From assembly GCA_963662655.2 (NCBI GenBank), contig CAXXTU010000002.1, positions 896,001 to 960,000 of the forward strand: a stretch of 64,000 bases of DNA, in the 5' to 3' direction. Shown here in pieces: positions 1-11,243 of the stretch; within the stretch, counting starts at the first letter, position 1, and the number at the start of each line of letters is the position of its first letter. Source of the DNA: Candidatus Cloacimonadales bacterium (GTDB lineage Bacteria; Cloacimonadota; Cloacimonadia; Cloacimonadales; JAIOQZ01). Both the position numbers and the translations under genes were made by a program. The notes beneath the pieces are model-generated. The model was not told the origin of the DNA and searched no databases. It worked only from the letters and a program-made list of their open reading frames with translations.

Positions 1-2013
1 GACACACTCGGTAACGTCATCTACGGCGCGAATCCCACACGCACGAACGGCCATTACTCATTCGCTATGGGTATGGGGGCTCAAACTGGCGGCATATGTT
101 CCATGGCGATCGGTTTCAATGCATATTCGGAGACAAACAACTCCCTGGCTATCGGTAGAAACTCCTCAGCAACAGGAAACAACAGCGTAGCGATCGGCTA
201 CGCTGCTGACGCCTCCGAATATAATGCTCTCGCGATTGGTCACTATGCAAATGCTTCCGGTCCTTATTCGGCAGCGTTCGGTTATTCCTCCGACGCAATA
301 GGCGAATACAGTATGGCGTTCGGTCGCAACTCTTCAGCCGAAGGCAACAACGCCACGGCTATTGGTTGCTACACAAACGCGGATGGCGATTACTCCGTAG
401 CCCTTGGCCGCGAAACAACTTCGGGAGACTACGGCACGGCATCGGGTTCTCATTCGGATGCATCCGGGATGTATTCGGTAGCGCTTGGACGACAGAATGT
501 CGCGTCAGGTGAGTACGCCGTAGCCCTGGGTGGATATTCGGAGGCGATCGGCGATTACTCCACCGTTTCGGGACGCCAGTCGAGCGCGCGCGGAGACTAC
601 GCTGTCTCCCTCGGCGGATTCAATTCGGCGGACTCGAGTTATTCCGTCGCGATAGGATACAATGCGATGGCGCAAAACAAGTACGCTGTGGCCTTGGGGT
701 ATTACGCAATCGCCAGCGGTTTATACGGATCGTCTATCGGCTGCCACAACACGGCCAGCGGCGATTACAGTTTCAGTACGGGGTACTACAACGAGTCTAA
801 CGGCATCTATTCCTTTACCGCCGGGCGCGACTGCGTTGCAAACATGAACGCGGCTGTAGCGATGGGCGAAAGCTGTGAAGCGCAGGACGCATGGACAGTT
901 GCACTGGGCTATCATACGACGGCCAACGGCCAGCACTCCATCGCGATCGGTGATGGCGCAGAAGCGCTGCAATCACATGCGATTGCCATTGGCGAGGATG
1001 TGACCGCCGATGGAATGAACTCCGTCGCAATCGGTAGGAGAGCATCCAATGGCGGGTACTACGGAAGTTTTGTTTTCGGTGATTATTCATCCACAAACAC
1101 GGTGATAAACGACGATTTCAACCAGTTCAAGGTACGCGCGTCCGGCGGATATGTCCTGCATACGAACAGCGGTCTTGAAGAAGCAAAGACCGTTTACATC
1201 GAGGAGAACGACGGCTCCTTGGGGCTCGGAACATCCAGTCCGCTTCACAAGCTCCATGTTGTCGATACGGTATCCAACACGACCGGAACCGACGGAGCGC
1301 TTATCGATATCTACAACCCGACAAGCGGAACGGGCGCAATGTCCGGCATCCGCTTCAAGAGCGGATCGACAACAACAGCGTACAAGGGCGGTATCTTCTA
1401 CAACACGACCACAACATACGATCGCGGAAACATGGTTTTCGCTCTGGCGAACAACATATATTCAACTAACGTCGATCGCGATGACGCTCGAATGGTGCTT
1501 TACTACAACGGCAACGTTGGAATCGGTACACCGGAATCGGAGATACCGAGTGCCAAGCTTAGTGTCAACGGCCACGTGCGCCCGTACGCCGATGCTTCGA
1601 GCGATTTGGGCGGTTCCTCTCAGCGCTGGAGATACGTCTACGCGTCGTACGGCACCATTCTGACCTCCGATCGTCGTATGAAAACCGATATCACCCCGCT
1701 TCGCTACGGACTGGCCTCTGTCATGAAACTCCGCCCGGTTAGCTTCAAATGGAAGAACGACGAAGCGGAAGGAACACAACTCGGCTTGATCGCGCAGGAA
1801 GCACAGGAAGTGATCCCGGAAGTCGTGAAAGTGGGAGATGACGAAGATCAAACGATGGGCATGAACTACACCGAACTGATTCCCGTTCTGGTGAACGCGA
1901 TCCAGGAGCAACAGAAACAGCTTGATGAAGTTCGCAAGGAAGTGGAATTACTCAAGCAGCAACTGGCCGAAGAAAAAAGCAGAACCAGCCACGATGTTGC
2001 CAGTTCCAACTAA
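1..2013 (+). CDS. Trimeric adhesin-like fibre protein: YadA-head/Hep_Hag-type 14-aa repeats plus C-terminal peptidase S74 intramolecular chaperone and coiled coil (5' truncated)
   Basis: Frame is open from base 1 (DTLGNVIYGANP...). More than 20 repeats of the type A.G.YS.A.G; LGIGT..P motifs; SDRRMKTDI...GLIAQE...YTELIPVLVNAIQEQQ is the S74 signature. Confidence 0.85.
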   Translation, partial: DTLGNVIYGANPTRTNGHYSFAMGMGAQTGGICSMAIGFNAYSETNNSLAIGRNSSATGNNSVAIGYAADASEYNALAIGHYANASGPYSAAFGYSSDAIGEYSMAFGRNSSAEGNNATAIGCYTNADGDYSVALGRETTSGDYGTASGSHSDASGMYSVALGRQNVASGEYAVALGGYSEAIGDYSTVSGRQSSARGDYAVSLGGFNSADSSYSVAIGYNAMAQNKYAVALGYYAIASGLYGSSIGCHNTASGDYSFSTGYYNESNGIYSFTAGRDCVANMNAAVAMGESCEAQDAWTVALGYHTTANGQHSIAIGDGAEALQSHAIAIGEDVTADGMNSVAIGRRASNGGYYGSFVFGDYSSTNTVINDDFNQFKVRASGGYVLHTNSGLEEAKTVYIEENDGSLGLGTSSPLHKLHVVDTVSNTTGTDGALIDIYNPTSGTGAMSGIRFKSGSTTTAYKGGIFYNTTTTYDRGNMVFALANNIYSTNVDRDDARMVLYYNGNVGIGTPESEIPSAKLSVNGHVRPYADASSDLGGSSQRWRYVYASYGTILTSDRRMKTDITPLRYGLASVMKLRPVSFKWKNDEAEGTQLGLIAQEAQEVIPEVVKVGDDEDQTMGMNYTELIPVLVNAIQEQQKQLDEVRKEVELLKQQLAEEKSRTSHDVASSN

Positions 2014-2025
2014 CGGGGGCCTCTC

Positions 2026-5000
2026 ATGAGATACGCACGTATGAAATGGGGAATTCTCATCCTGCTTTCGCTGCTGTGCAACTCCGTGTTTGGACATGTC
2101 TACATCACGGAGACCGGTAGGGCCGGCACAGGGCAATCGGGGCAGATAAACATCGCTCAGAATTTGCAGAACGACGGTCATTTCGACTATCTCAGCAGCC
2201 ATGTTCGCTTCTTCGGCGACGGGACGAGTCGGATACTTGGCAACTCGGGGCTCTATGTCCAGCGTCTGGTACTCGATAAAACCTCCGGCAGTTACCTGTA
2301 TCTGATGGAGCCGGTGGGCGTGGGAGATTCGCTCCTCTTGAAATCGGGGATCATGACCTTCTCGGGGAGGGCGGAATCTTCCGTTCCTCCGGTTGCGAAC
2401 GAAGCGCGCAAGCTGTCCTCCGGGAAAGAAGCGAGCTCACCATTATCAGCAAGCTCGCGCAAGCAAACGAACCTTTCCAGGCTATCGCAACCGTATGCCG
2501 AGAAGGCGGATTGGGTATTCACGGAAGAATATCCATCGAAAGAAGTCAGCAGCCGGCCACCTTCAATCACAACGCGGGAAGGAAGCCTGACCCTCGGTGA
2601 TTACGCGACGATCCGTCGCGAAGAAGGCGCTCTGCTGGCAACACCCGCGTTGAACGGAACGTACGACCTGATATACCAAAACTCCGTTACGACCGGCGCC
2701 GAGTTAGTGTCCGATCAGGACGCGTTGAATTCGATAATTGTGGATATCCCTTCCGGGACGCTGACCCTCGACAAAGACGCGTGGATCAACGAATCACTGA
2801 TCATCGAGAACGGATCGCTGAATACAGGAAGCTATACACTGACAATGGGCGAATTCGCTCCGGTCGTCGGCTATCCCGATGATATTACTGGAACGATCGT
2901 CGGAGAAGATATACGAGTCAATACTTCATCCTATTCCAACGGTACATTCTATGTGTCGCTGAATTCGGGTACTTCGATCGGTGATTTCAGACAGATGCTG
3001 TACATGAAACCCATCAGCATTGGAACGGTTGAATCGATCGAAAGGCTGTGGTATCTTGACTCTGACATCTGGCCCAACGGCAGAAACATGGTTCTGGGCT
3101 GGCGACGAAACGAGGACAACGGGATCGATCTTTCGCATGTTCAGGTTTGGCGAAGCGACGACCTGGATCGATTTTATGCTTGGGGAGACCCTATCGACAT
3201 GTCCGGCACGGGAAATCTCAGGGCTATCGACGTGAACAACATCGATCGATTCGGTTGGTGGACGATCGGGCACCCAATATTCGGAGTATCGTCCACGACT
3301 ATCGATCTCGGGGACGTCGAGATCGGGCAGGCGGTTTCCAATCCTCTTACCGTTACGAATTACCTGCCCAGCAGCGTATACGGATACATCGTAACGCCTG
3401 ATTGGATTACTCCGATCGAAACAACCCGAAATCGAAGCACCGCTCGAAAGGACCTTGCTCGCGAGGAGGAGAACAGCGTTCGAAACCGTGAATCTCAGTA
3501 CTTCAACATGTACGCCAATGGGGATGTCGATTTCAATCTGATATGTTCCCCCAATACCCCGGGGGAATTCTCGGAAACGGTTCAGGTCATTGTCTATAAC
3601 GAGCTCTATCCCACGCGACTGATCGAGGTGCGCGGCGTTGCCGTGATGCCGGATATCGAGGTAACTCCCGACCAGATCACCCACACGCTTGCGCAAGACG
3701 AATCAGCGTCGCGACAAGTTACCATCCAGAACGCAGGCGATGTCCAGCTCGATTACTCCGTGTATTTCGGCGAAAATCTTCTCGGCACAAGTTTTGAAGG
3801 CGATTTCCCACCGTCGGGATGGACGATGGAGATCGTTTCCGGCGAATATCCGTGGTCGCAAGCAGACGATATCAGCCATGCGGGGACATCCTCTGGCTAT
3901 GGCCGACTGGCATTTCCTGGATGACGCCAGATTGATCAGCCCCGCAGTGACAATCGGGAATTCGGCAGCTCCTTTCGTATTATATCCGCTCGCAGGACGA
4001 TCCATCCTGGGGCGGTATGTTCGATGTCGAATATTCCACTGACGGGACGACGTGGATCAACCTGGAATCCTTCAACCAGAACACCCTCACGACATCTTTC
4101 AGCAAGCGCACGCTCGACCTCTCTTCGCTGAGCGGTTCCACCGTCCAGCTTGCATTCCATGCATGGGAAAACTACTATGCGAACGGAGTCTACCTCGATG
4201 ATGTGAATCTCATCAGCTCATCGACTCCTTCCTGGGCCTACATCGTCGGCGGAAGTCCACACACGGGGAGTATCGCTCCCGGCGGACCGCAGCAAAATGT
4301 GACGATCCAGCTCGATGCGGGTGGATTACCGGACGGAACCTACACGACGGACATCATCGTGGAGAGCAACGATCCCTTCGAGCAGTATGTCGCGATTCCA
4401 TTGACGCTCCATGTCCAGACGCCGGGTATCTCCGTATCGAACAGCTATCTGTTCTTCGGCTATGTCGTTCTCGGTAATAGCTCCACCAGACAATTCTCCA
4501 TCGAGAATCCGGGGAATTCGTACCTGGTCGGCACGCTCTCCGCGCCTTCGCAGTATGAGGTTGCGCTGGCTGGCCGGGATCAGGTAACAAGAGATTCCAA
4601 CCGGCAGAGAGTGGAGTCCGCAAGGATAGAACCCTTTGAAAGCTTCAGCGATTTTTCCGATGGAAGTCAAACGCGAAACAGCATTCTTTTCTCGGTTCCA
4701 GCGGGAGGTTCACGCACCTACGATATCATCTACACCCCGGATGTAATCGGCGACCACGAGGACATTCTCACCATCGCGCACAACGCGCCCGGCGAGGATA
4801 AAACTATTTCACTGTGGTCAACGGTGATAACGCAGCCAACGGTTCTTACGGGTAACGTAACGAGCATCCAACCCTATTCGGCGATCGTTTCGGGGCAGGT
4901 TACGGCAACCGGCGGGATTTCGGTGAGTTCGCGAGGAATCTGCTGGGATACGCAAGTCATGCCGACAACGGACGACCCACACAATCAGGAAGGTTCCGGC

Positions 5001-5399
5001 CTGGGGACGTTCAGCAGCACACTGAATAATCTGATACCAAACACGCATTATTATGCGCGTGCCTACGCTGTAAACGCAGCCGGCACAAGCTACGGTATAC
5101 AAGTCGATTTCACGACGCTATCACTCGGGCCGCCGGAGACACCGGAGAATGTCGTAATCTCTGTGACGGATAGCGGAGTTCTCCTGAGCTGGTCTGAGGT
5201 GACGGATGCGGACGAATATGCGATCTATCGCAGCGACGATCCATCTGCAATAAATTGGGGAACGGCAATCGGAACTACGTCCGGAACGTCCTGGCTGGAC
5301 ATGGAGCCGCTACGTAACGGCAAAGCGTTCTACTTTATAACTGCGGTTCGCAGCGTGCGTATCGAGCGTTCGGATGATTCCGTAAGGCTAAGGGAGTAG
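2026..5399 (+). CDS. Large secreted Ig-like/cleaved-adhesin/FN3 surface protein, split by two apparent +1 frameshifts (~3895, ~3966)
   Basis: Signal peptide. ORFs 2026-3924, 3689-4042 (part) and 4017-5399 join as ...SFEGDFPPSGWT...AMADWHFLDDARLISP...LSYYIRSQDDPSWGGMFDVEYSTDGTTW. ASH-type Ig domains and an FN3-like segment (LIPNTHYYARAYAVN) follow. Confidence 0.7.
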
Positions 5400-7907
5400 T
5401 TTTTCGATCCGGTAAAGGAAGTTTTCGTAATCTCGGGGAGGATATGTCTTCAGCGTGTCTTCCCCGATTTCTTTTTTCAGACGGCTCAAATGTTTTTCGA
5501 TATCGTAGTTGTCGCGGTAATCCGGTAATTGCGTTGTCTTGCGGAAGAAATACCAGGCCGGCAGGGGCTGATCGTCCATCAGATAGAGCTCCGCGAGCGT
5601 TCGATAGGTCTCGGACAGCAAAGCCTCTTCGTTGTAATCCCAATAGTACTGGAACAGATATTTCCTCGCCTGCGAATAGTCCTTTTCACCATACTTGATC
5701 GCATGGCGCAAGAAGAGCAAATCTCCGGCGTATCGTATCGGGTCATGAACCGCGATGCTATCCAGCGTACTCCAGGCTGCCTTGAACGCCCGCATGTAAA
5801 TCTGATTCTTCGCCACTTTCATCAGGATCGCCGTGGTATCCACGCGGGTCGTGTCGTCGAAGAAGCTGCAATAGATATCGTTTGCCTGCTGATATAGCTT
5901 ATTGTACTCGTAGATACGGGCCAGCGACTCCAGTAAGCTGCGATAGAGCGCGCGATCGAAAACGAGAGTTGAATCCGCCTGTAGCGTGTCGGTATCGGCA
6001 AAAAAGATGTCGAGACTGTCCGATTCGACAACGAGCGAATCGATATCATCCTCGTGCAACTCCGCGATGAGATTCGAGTAAATATCGGATACTTGTTTAA
6101 CATCGAGCCGTAGAGAAATTCTCTCCAGCAGTTCCAGCGCATTCTGCTTCAGGTAATCAGTCTCATCCTTACCGCTATTACCTCTTGCGATGAGGGCCTT
6201 AAGTAACGAGACAGCCCTGGAATCCTTGCCGGAGCCGTAATAAGCGACGGCTTGAAAATAGTGTATGGAGTCCGGATTCCCGATCTGATTCACGAGAAGA
6301 GAATCCGTGAAGGGAATCAATTGATTGTATTCCGCCTGCTCCAGGTAATACGCGATCAAATCGTACGATATTCGCAGGCTGCGCGGGTCTTTGGGATATT
6401 GCGCAATATAGTTACGCAGGAAATCTTCCGTGTTCTCGTACTCTCCAAGCTGGTACTTCGCGTGCTCTTCGCGATAATGGACTTCGCCAGATCCCTCCGT
6501 CTCCATCATTTCGTATAGCGCTTTTGCCTTCTCGTACTGACCGGCCTCGTAGTAGTAGTCGCCAAGGATGCGCGTGTAGCGATCGAACTCCAGCGGAGTC
6601 AGTCGGTTTCGGAATCGTAGCGTCTCCGATTCGAGCGTCTTGTAGTAGCTCAGCGAAACGAGATTGTCGATGTATTGAATCAGGAACTTGTGGTCCAAAT
6701 TCTCGCTGTACCGAGCCATGTTGCGGAAGTATTTTCGCGCGATTTCATGATGCTTCGTGTGGGTGTACAGCGTTGCCAGATTGCGGTTTGCGAGGGAGCC
6801 CCACGGGGCATCCGCGTCGAGGTTCTTCATCCAGTAAAACGCCGAGCTGTTGTACTTGTAGAATCCGTGATAAGCCCAGCCCAGCGCGAAGTTGGCGTAA
6901 TTTTCGGAATGAGACTGAAGCTCACGGAAGCGTTTGAAACTGCCCACTGCGCTCTCATACCTCTTGAAACGGTAGTCCAATTCACCCTTTGCTAGCGACG
7001 ATAGGGCGCTGTTGTAGATGAAGCTCTCCCCCATGCGGCGCATGAACTCGTCCGCTGTCTGATAACGTTTTTGCCGGAACGCGATAAGTGTGCGACAAAG
7101 GTTGCTGCTGTTTGTGTATGGGAGATACAACTCGAGCTGGCTGACCGTATCGTAGCGATTTCGATCTATAAAAAACAGGATGAAGCGTATCAGCGCGTCT
7201 TCGGATAGCACAGAGATATCTTGCGGCAGCCTGGTCTCATTGCCTGTATCGATGGCGATCAACGAAAGGTAATCCGCCGCGATGGTGGGGATGGGCGCGC
7301 TGCTATCACTCGCCAATGCGTCCAGTAATGGAACGGCTTCATCAAATCGATTCTGGAAGTACAGTGCGACAGCCTGGATCAGCTTCGCTTCATCGGGCTC
7401 GAACAAACCGTCCGGCATCACGCTGAGCAGACTCGAGACTTGCTCGAAATTGCCGTTGAGAAACAAGGAGGTGAATATCCGTTTGAGCTCTACCATCTGC
7501 TTGAGGGTATGGAGGCGATCGAATTCCCGGAAGGAGCCTTTTACGTCTTCCAGCTTGCAATCGAGTGCGAAACAGCTTTGCAGGTACCAGTAAATGTAGC
7601 GCGGGAAGAATGTTTCCTGGAATTCACGGGACTGCTGGTGTACGGTGTCGATGTACTCTTGGTATCTCGCGAGGCGGTAAAGGATGTCGAGTTTCAGGAG
7701 AATGTGATACGGCTCTTCGCTGTCGCAATCACGGATGAGTTCATACGCCTCGGAGTACTCCTGGTTTCCCAGCAAACGCGCGGCCTGCTCAAAGCGATCG
7801 GCGCTCAGTTCATCCAGCGAGAGATCGGTTCGATAGCGGTCGTACTGCGCGGCAAAAAGCGATCCGCACATCAACAGCAATATGAGCATTGAACCGATGT
7901 TACGCAT
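5388..7907 (-). CDS. Exported TPR-repeat protein
   Basis: 839 aa, N-terminal signal peptide, helical TPR-like repeats (LGDYYYEAGQYEKAKALYE). Confidence 0.7.
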   Translation of the reverse strand: MRNIGSMLILLLMCGSLFAAQYDRYRTDLSLDELSADRFEQAARLLGNQEYSEAYELIRDCDSEEPYHILLKLDILYRLARYQEYIDTVHQQSREFQETFFPRYIYWYLQSCFALDCKLEDVKGSFREFDRLHTLKQMVELKRIFTSLFLNGNFEQVSSLLSVMPDGLFEPDEAKLIQAVALYFQNRFDEAVPLLDALASDSSAPIPTIAADYLSLIAIDTGNETRLPQDISVLSEDALIRFILFFIDRNRYDTVSQLELYLPYTNSSNLCRTLIAFRQKRYQTADEFMRRMGESFIYNSALSSLAKGELDYRFKRYESAVGSFKRFRELQSHSENYANFALGWAYHGFYKYNSSAFYWMKNLDADAPWGSLANRNLATLYTHTKHHEIARKYFRNMARYSENLDHKFLIQYIDNLVSLSYYKTLESETLRFRNRLTPLEFDRYTRILGDYYYEAGQYEKAKALYEMMETEGSGEVHYREEHAKYQLGEYENTEDFLRNYIAQYPKDPRSLRISYDLIAYYLEQAEYNQLIPFTDSLLVNQIGNPDSIHYFQAVAYYGSGKDSRAVSLLKALIARGNSGKDETDYLKQNALELLERISLRLDVKQVSDIYSNLIAELHEDDIDSLVVESDSLDIFFADTDTLQADSTLVFDRALYRSLLESLARIYEYNKLYQQANDIYCSFFDDTTRVDTTAILMKVAKNQIYMRAFKAAWSTLDSIAVHDPIRYAGDLLFLRHAIKYGEKDYSQARKYLFQYYWDYNEEALLSETYRTLAELYLMDDQPLPAWYFFRKTTQLPDYRDNYDIEKHLSRLKKEIGEDTLKTYPPRDYENFLYRIEKLLP

Positions 7908-7910
7908 GGT

Positions 7911-8693
7911 TTACGTCCTTTTCTTTTCCTCCGAAGCCAGCAACGCCGCACCATACGCGCCTGTCATCACAGGCTTGGGCGGCGTGAGGAAATCCCTGCC
8001 GAAAACGATCTGTAAGTATTCTTTCAATCCCTGACTCCGAGCCGTACCGCCGGTGAACACAAACTCGGGGGCAAGTGTCAAGCCCGAAGCCATTCCGCGA
8101 ATTCGCCGCGCGATGGAATCGAACACGCCACGGGCGATTTCACCCGGCTTCACGCCCTTCGCCAGGAGACCGATGATTTCCGACTCTGCAAACACAACGC
8201 AGGTGTTGTTCACCTCGACGAGACTCTCCTCCCGCATTGCCAGATCGGAGAGTTTCTCCACATCCGTTTCGAGAATGATGGAAACGGTTTCGAGAAAACG
8301 CCCCGTACCCGCTGCACAGCGGTCGTTCATCGTGAAATCGACCACGTTGCCCGATTCGTCCAGCACAATCGCCTTGGAATCCTGGCCGCCGATGTCGATG
8401 ATACTCCTCGCCTGTGGGTATAACCAGCGAACGCCCCTTGCGTGACATCCGATCTCCGACACCGCTTTTCCCGCAAATGCGCTTTTCCGACCATAGCCGG
8501 TCACGAAAACGCGCTCGATGTCCGATTCGACGAGGCCCAGCGCTCCCAGCGCCGTCTCGAAGAGGGATCCGGCGCTGCGCGTGTGGACGGCTCCCGTGTC
8601 GGTGTAGTCTTCGAAGATAAATTGCTTCCGGCTCGCATCAAATACGGCGAGCTTCGTCGTTCGGGAACCGGAGTCTATTCCAACGGTAATCAT
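7911..8693 (-). CDS. 2-hydroxyacyl-CoA dehydratase activase (HgdC/BadF-family ASKHA ATPase, [4Fe-4S])
   Basis: GIDSGSRTTK, VTGYGR, IDIGGQDSK, MNDRCAAGTGRFLE and CVVFAESE motifs; both cluster Cys present. Confidence 0.9.
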   Translation of the reverse strand: MITVGIDSGSRTTKLAVFDASRKQFIFEDYTDTGAVHTRSAGSLFETALGALGLVESDIERVFVTGYGRKSAFAGKAVSEIGCHARGVRWLYPQARSIIDIGGQDSKAIVLDESGNVVDFTMNDRCAAGTGRFLETVSIILETDVEKLSDLAMREESLVEVNNTCVVFAESEIIGLLAKGVKPGEIARGVFDSIARRIRGMASGLTLAPEFVFTGGTARSQGLKEYLQIVFGRDFLTPPKPVMTGAYGAALLASEEKKRT

Positions 8694-8696
8694 AAT

Positions 8697-11225
8697 CTAC
8701 GATAGTATATGCGTGAAGTAGTTTTCATCCACGAAGTACTCTTCTGAAACTTCGCGAATATCTTCGAGCGTGACTTTCTCGAGACGCTCGTCGCGTTTCA
8801 GATAGTACTCGTAGCCGAGTCCGAGCGATTCGAGCAAAGAGATCGATGTCGCCTGATGCAGCACGCTTTCTTCGTCCTGCAAGCGATTCCCGCGTATGGC
8901 GTTTTTGGCGATTTCGAGTTCCTCTGCGCTGATCGAATCCGTTTTGCACTGCTGCAAGACGTCGCGGATAACCTGCACGCTGTCCTTCTCGCCGTCCTGG
9001 TTGACCATCGCCCACGCCCGGAAGAATCCGAGCTGTTCCAGGGCCTGGAAGTCAAAATCCACCGAATAAGCCAGTCCGCGCTTCTCGCGCAGCTCGAAGT
9101 ACAGCCGTGAATTCAGATCGCCTCCGAGAATCTGCGATAGCACGTAAAACGTGGTGTTCTTGCGCTTGTCCTCGTACTTGCATCCGAAACCGCCAAGCTG
9201 AATGATAGACTGATCCATCCCCATTTTCTTCCTGCGCAATCTTGTTTCGGAAGAGGCGATGAATACCTCTTGCTTTTCGGTCTGTATCTTGTCCATCGAA
9301 GGCAGTGTCAGCGTTTTTTCCAGGTAGGCAATCGTCTCGTCCTCGGGGAAGTCACCGACAATCGCGACCACCATGTTGTCCGGCCGGTAGTAGGTGTTGT
9401 ACCACTCGACGATCCGCTTGCGCGAGATGTCGCGCAGGTCCTTGATCCTGCCGTAACGGTGCAGAAGATTGCTGTGATTTCCGAAAATCATCTCTTTCCA
9501 GAGCTTGCTGGCGTATTGCTGCGGATGGTCCTTGATGCGGTTCAGCGAGCTGATTACCGTGTTGCGGATGTTGTTGAGATGGCTGCTCGGAAAAAGCGGC
9601 GTCTTAAGGACATCCGCAAGAAGGTCTATGGCGGTGAAAAGTTTGTCTTCAAAGCACTTGCAGCGAATGGTCGTGGATTCGAGGTGATTCGACACGCCCA
9701 GTACGATGCCCTGATCGGAGCAGTACTGCAACATCTGATTGTAGTTGCGTCGCTCGTTTCCGTGAAGCAGCAACGTCGAGGTGAGCTGATTGATCCCCCG
9801 GTTCCCTTCCCGCTCGTTCAATTGGGAGACGTTCACTCCGACCGCGAGCCCAATGGTGGGCTTGCCGGTAACCCGCTTCAAGCAAACCTTCATTCCGCTG
9901 GAAAGATTCGTGATGACGCAGTCTTCCTTGTACTCGATCTTCGGCGAGATCGACGGCGTTTCCCTGGGGAGGACGTTCTTTTTGTGCAAGAGCTCCGATC
10001 CCATGTAGAATATCTGCATGACGTCCGGATAGAGGTATTTGCGAATAACGCGCCTCGTATCGGAGGCGGTGACGCGTGAGATGATCTCGGGCGTCTTGAC
10101 GAATCCCTCCCAACCGATGGTGAGTTCGTCGCTTCCCAGGCTCATTCCAAGCGATTCCGCGTATTCTCCCGTGTATCGATGCTGATGCAGGCTTTCGGTC
10201 TTGACCCGGTCCAGCTCGTCGCTCTTGAGACCGAATTGATAGAGCTCATTCAGCTCTTCGCGAACAATCCAGATGATGCGATAAGGATCGCTACCCTTCT
10301 TGGGATTCATCATGAGGATGGCCATGCCGTCGTAGACTCCGCTGAAAGAGTGGAGCCTCATTCCGTCGATGAGCTTTTCCTGCTCGAAGAGGCGCTGATA
10401 CAGCCGCGAGTTCTTTCCCTGTGCCAGCGCTTTCACCGCCATGTTGTAGGCGTTAAAGTCCTCGTTGGCATCCGAGAAATCCGGTATCGTGAAAGCCAGG
10501 AAACCGTTTGCCAGCTTGCGCTTGTATTGCTTGAATCCAGGCTTCTGGGGCAATGGATCGATGGGCAGCATCGCATGACTGACCTTTCCAGGTTTCCACT
10601 CGCTGAAGAAGCCGCCTGCCATCTCCGTAAACTCGGCGATATTGAAATCGCCGCAAGCAACCACGTAGGCGTTGTTGGGCACGTACCACTTGTGGTAGAA
10701 AAGCATCAGGTCTTCGTATGTCGCCTTGTACAGTGTATCCTCGTACCCGATGATCGGGTGTCGGAGGGGGTTGATCTCGAAATAGTCCAGGGGAATCTGC
10801 TCCAGGAAGAATTCCTCCGGATCGTTGCGATACTGCTTCAGTTCCTCAAGCACCACCTTGCGCTCGGCTTCGAAATCCTCGCGCGAGAATCTCGTCTGGC
10901 AGACGAGTTCGGAGAGGATATGGAGCCCCTCTTTCGTGAAGCGCGAGGGAAGCGTAATGAAGAAGCAAGTCGAGTCGTGCTCGGTATACGCGTTGAGGGT
11001 TCCACCGTAGAAGGAGGCTTTTTCGGCGATGTTGTTGTCGGGGAAATCCCGCGTCGATTTGAACACGAGGTGCTCCAGGAAATGGGAGAATCCCGCTTCC
11101 TCGGGCTTTTCCCAGCAGGAACCCACGCGCACAAAAACCATGAGACTGATCAGCGGATTCGCGTGGGATTCCGACATGATCATGTTCAAACCGTTAGGCA
11201 TTCTATTCGTTTCGATTTTGTACAT
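8697..11225 (-). CDS. M16 (pitrilysin/insulinase) family zinc peptidase, fused two-module form
   Basis: Inverted zincin motif HFLEH, LNAYT, ELREKRGLAYSV; 842 aa with no signal peptide. Confidence 0.9.
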   Translation of the reverse strand: MYKIETNRMPNGLNMIMSESHANPLISLMVFVRVGSCWEKPEEAGFSHFLEHLVFKSTRDFPDNNIAEKASFYGGTLNAYTEHDSTCFFITLPSRFTKEGLHILSELVCQTRFSREDFEAERKVVLEELKQYRNDPEEFFLEQIPLDYFEINPLRHPIIGYEDTLYKATYEDLMLFYHKWYVPNNAYVVACGDFNIAEFTEMAGGFFSEWKPGKVSHAMLPIDPLPQKPGFKQYKRKLANGFLAFTIPDFSDANEDFNAYNMAVKALAQGKNSRLYQRLFEQEKLIDGMRLHSFSGVYDGMAILMMNPKKGSDPYRIIWIVREELNELYQFGLKSDELDRVKTESLHQHRYTGEYAESLGMSLGSDELTIGWEGFVKTPEIISRVTASDTRRVIRKYLYPDVMQIFYMGSELLHKKNVLPRETPSISPKIEYKEDCVITNLSSGMKVCLKRVTGKPTIGLAVGVNVSQLNEREGNRGINQLTSTLLLHGNERRNYNQMLQYCSDQGIVLGVSNHLESTTIRCKCFEDKLFTAIDLLADVLKTPLFPSSHLNNIRNTVISSLNRIKDHPQQYASKLWKEMIFGNHSNLLHRYGRIKDLRDISRKRIVEWYNTYYRPDNMVVAIVGDFPEDETIAYLEKTLTLPSMDKIQTEKQEVFIASSETRLRRKKMGMDQSIIQLGGFGCKYEDKRKNTTFYVLSQILGGDLNSRLYFELREKRGLAYSVDFDFQALEQLGFFRAWAMVNQDGEKDSVQVIRDVLQQCKTDSISAEELEIAKNAIRGNRLQDEESVLHQATSISLLESLGLGYEYYLKRDERLEKVTLEDIREVSEEYFVDENYFTHILS

Positions 11226-11243
11226 CGTATCTCCGTATGTGAT

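Noticed and set aside
1..2013. Prophage tail-fibre gene or prophage remnant
   Set aside because: No capsid, terminase, integrase or other phage gene in the window, and the neighbour is a signal-peptide surface protein. Sequence upstream of the window cannot be seen.
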